64,000 nt of DNA, from assembly GCA_964016885.1 (NCBI GenBank), contig OZ024748.1, positions 9,796,001 through 9,860,000 on the forward strand. The letters run 5' to 3'. The notes beneath the pieces were generated by a model. It saw nothing but the letters and a program-made list of their open reading frames with translations, searched no databases and was not told the DNA's origin. Numbering within the stretch: the first letter of the stretch is position 1; each line of letters begins with the position of its first letter. This document shows positions 61,186 through 64,000 of the stretch, piece by piece. This stretch comes from Eledone cirrhosa (lineage: Eukaryota). The position numbers and the translations under genes were made by a program.

Positions 61186-61614
61186 ACCCAATCCCTTTCT
61201 ATTTCTGGATAAAAGGCCAATGTAGTCGATTTCCCACAACACATGACAAAACCAATTCCTAAAAAAGAGAGAAATGTAACTTGAAAAACCATCTTACTGG
61301 ACCTACAAAACCTCAATTCCGAATAGGTTGTCTCGCTTGAGGCAAGTTGGGGCAGGTGACCGTGACTTGCTCATACAGAACTGTTTCTGGCTTGGTGTCT
61401 ACGGCTGGATACCCTTCATAACGCTTACCACATTTACAGTGTAGGCTGATGATCACTTACACACACACATTTATATATATATGTGTAGAGGTTATATTTA
61501 ATTTGTTGGGATTCAACAAGCTTAAACATTTTTATAACTGATATAAAGCACTCAACAAGTTAGTGGTTTAAATACACAATATATTAATAAATGGAAACTA
61601 TATTTATAAAACCA

Positions 61615-61680
61615 TATTTTATTATACATATTTCAAGGGCAACCAAGGCAAATTATGGTGCGCTTTCATCAGATAAAATA
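61615..61680 (-). ncRNA. Type I hammerhead ribozyme motif (inverted copy)
   Basis: Reverse-complement copy of 61833-61898 in the left arm of the foldback. Confidence 0.85.
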
Positions 61681-61832
61681 CAGATTTGTTTTATAAATAA
61701 ATATTGACATACCCGGAAAAACAACAACCTTAACGGTTGGAGCTTCCCGGATAGTGGAAGCTATAGGAAGCTCCAACCGTTAAGGTTGTTGTTTTTCCGG
61801 GTATGTCAATATTAATTTATAAAACAAATCTG

Positions 61833-61898
61833 TATTTTATCTGATGAAAGCGCACCATAATTTGCCTTGGTTGCCCTTGAAATATGTATAATAAAATA
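61833..61898 (+). ncRNA. Type I hammerhead ribozyme motif
   Basis: UAUUUUAU-CUGAUGA-(helix II AAGcGCA.CCA/UGG.UGCcCUU)-GAAA-UAUGUA-UA^AUAAAAUA; perfect 8-bp helix I. Confidence 0.85.
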
Positions 61899-61908
61899 AA
61901 TATAGTTT

Positions 61909-62037
<129 letters not shown>

Positions 62038-62171
62038 ATTTAGAGCGCTATAACCCTTTTAAGGGAACAGAAGAATTCTGGCCAATATTCAGAGAAGTCT
62101 TTGCTGATATTAAAATAATTATTCGGGGAATCTTTACTTTTTAAGCGTCAACAAAAATATATGATTTAAAT

Positions 62172-62310
62172 AATTGTTTCTACTTTTGGCACAAAGCCAT
62201 CAAATACCCAGTACATTACTGGTACTTTATTTTATCGACCCCGTAAGGATGAAAGGCAAAGTTAACCTCGGCGGGATTTGAACTCAGACCGTAAAGGGAC
62301 GTAACTATAT
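62172..62310 (-). mobile_element. SINE family A
   Basis: B-box GAGTTCAAATCC plus CTTTGCCTTTCATCCTTACGGGGTCGATAAAATAAAGTACCAGT. Copies at about 3045-3470 (three), 8930-9140 (two), 10140-10250, 12330-12430 and 63522-63635. Confidence 0.8.
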
Positions 62311-63162
62311 ACAGTTTAAAAGTAAAAGTGGTTTTGTTATTTGTTAAGCATGACTTAACCCGGAAGAAAGAAAAGAAGAAAGTCAGAAAAAAAGGAAAAT
62401 AATAAGATGAAATGAAGAAAAGAAAGAGAAGATAAGCTGGTGTAGTGATAGCTATAAGGTTATAAAAGAAAAGGCAGTGCTCTCCATGTTTGCGAAATGT
62501 AGGTCATAGCTGTTAGATGAGTCGACCTTCTTCCGGCTCAATGACTGCCTACCATTCCTCACATAAACAGAGAACAGACATAGCTATAGAGGGAGAGAGA
62601 AAGTGAGTGTGTGTCAGTGAGAGAGAGATTGTGAGTAATTCTTCAGGCTCAATGCCTGCATACCTCTCCTCATATAAACAGAACACACATAACTATAGAG
62701 GGAGAGAGAGAGAGAGTGTGAATGAATAAGAGAATGTGTGTGAGTAGCAGAGAAAGAGTGTGTGTGAATGAATGAATGAGAGAATGTATGTGAATGAATG
62801 AATGAGAGAGTGTATAGTGATGGGGGAAAAAGACAGTGTGTGTAACTGAGTGAAAGAGAAAGAGTGTGTGAGCGAAAAGGATAGAGTATGTTTAACTAAA
62901 AAGAGAGAGTATGCATAACTAAAAAGAGAGAAAGAGAAAGTATATATAACAAGAGAGTGTGAGGGAGAGTATGTTTGGACTGCCACTTTCTCTCTCTACA
63001 CTATACACTCAAAATATTTTACATGTAGGAAACAAAAGAAAATCTAAAATTATTATAGATGTTAGACTTCAAAGTATATGTATACACACACACACACACA
63101 CACATTATATATATATATATATAAAATAAATATGGTTTTATAAATATAGTTTCCATTTATTA

Positions 63163-63204
<42 letters not shown>

Positions 63205-64000
63205 GGAGCGTGTGTGTCAAGCAATGGGTATAAAGAAAATATTAACCATCCATACATAGCTCCTTTCCCGTTCACAGAAGATGAAGCTCATTAGATGCGT
63301 TAAACTATAAAAAAAAAATATTTCTAGTGAATGGATGATAGGGTAATGAAGAAATAAAGGATGGATAGCTTAGACAATAGTAACGACAATGAGGTCAGTG
63401 AAATGGGATGTTATGACAATTTATTTCGAAGGAAAAGTAGAAATAAAAATAATCTTCAATTAACAGTTTATTATTGTTTTTACTACTACCACTACTACTA
63501 CTAACAATAATAATAATAATAATTTCTACTTTTGGCACAAGGCCAGCAATTATCTCAGTGTATTACTGGTACTTTATTTTATCGACCCCGTAAGGATGAA
63601 AGGCAAGGTTAACCTCGGCGGGATTTGAACTCAGATCATAATAATAATAATCTATTATTAATTGAGCATTATCAGTTGTGAAATATACGGTGGGACCTTT
63701 ATAGCCTGTCAGGTGCTCCCGTCTTGATCCAGCAATACTAACCTATCAATCCTACACTAAAAGAAAAATGGCCCGCTTTTCTTGAAAAAGCCCAGTGGCT
63801 TAACAAAACGAAAGAGCAGTAAATAGGTCAGAATCAGAGAGTTCCATTTATACCAGCTCACATTATTATCATGACCATTATTATTATTATTGGTGGCGAT
63901 GGTGGTGAAAGTGATAACTGCCAGGAACAAGTGCTTGGTTACAAAATCGGTGTGCAGTTTGTTGTGATTACTGCATTGCTATCGCTCCCTCATTTTACGG

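Overview
AT-rich, repeat-dense animal genomic DNA. The SINE/LINE repertoire and the giant (TA)/(TACA) arrays suggest an octopus-like cephalopod, which is an inference. Two spliced protein-coding genes lie on the minus strand. One is a complete 8-exon POLR2C/RPB3 (CDS 8580 to 506, 274 aa). The other is an activin type II receptor (ACVR2/punt-like) with 5 exons from 55858 to 50073; its signal-peptide exon was not found. The long I/Y/H/T ORFs in the track are microsatellite artefacts. The rest is decayed LINEs (CR1/L2, RTE, R4/Dong-like), tRNA-derived SINEs, mariner remnants and minisatellites. The main hidden signal is a set of type I hammerhead ribozyme motifs (CUGANGA...GAAA...UH), about 6 with intact cores and about 10 decayed or variant, from several unrelated sequence families. 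They occur alongside two Penelope-like (PLE) GIY-YIG remnants. Five short foldback elements share one architecture: (TA)n, long arm, loop, short arm, (TA)n. Each carries a hammerhead or hammerhead-like motif. POLR2C also has tandemly duplicated splice acceptors at two consecutive exons.
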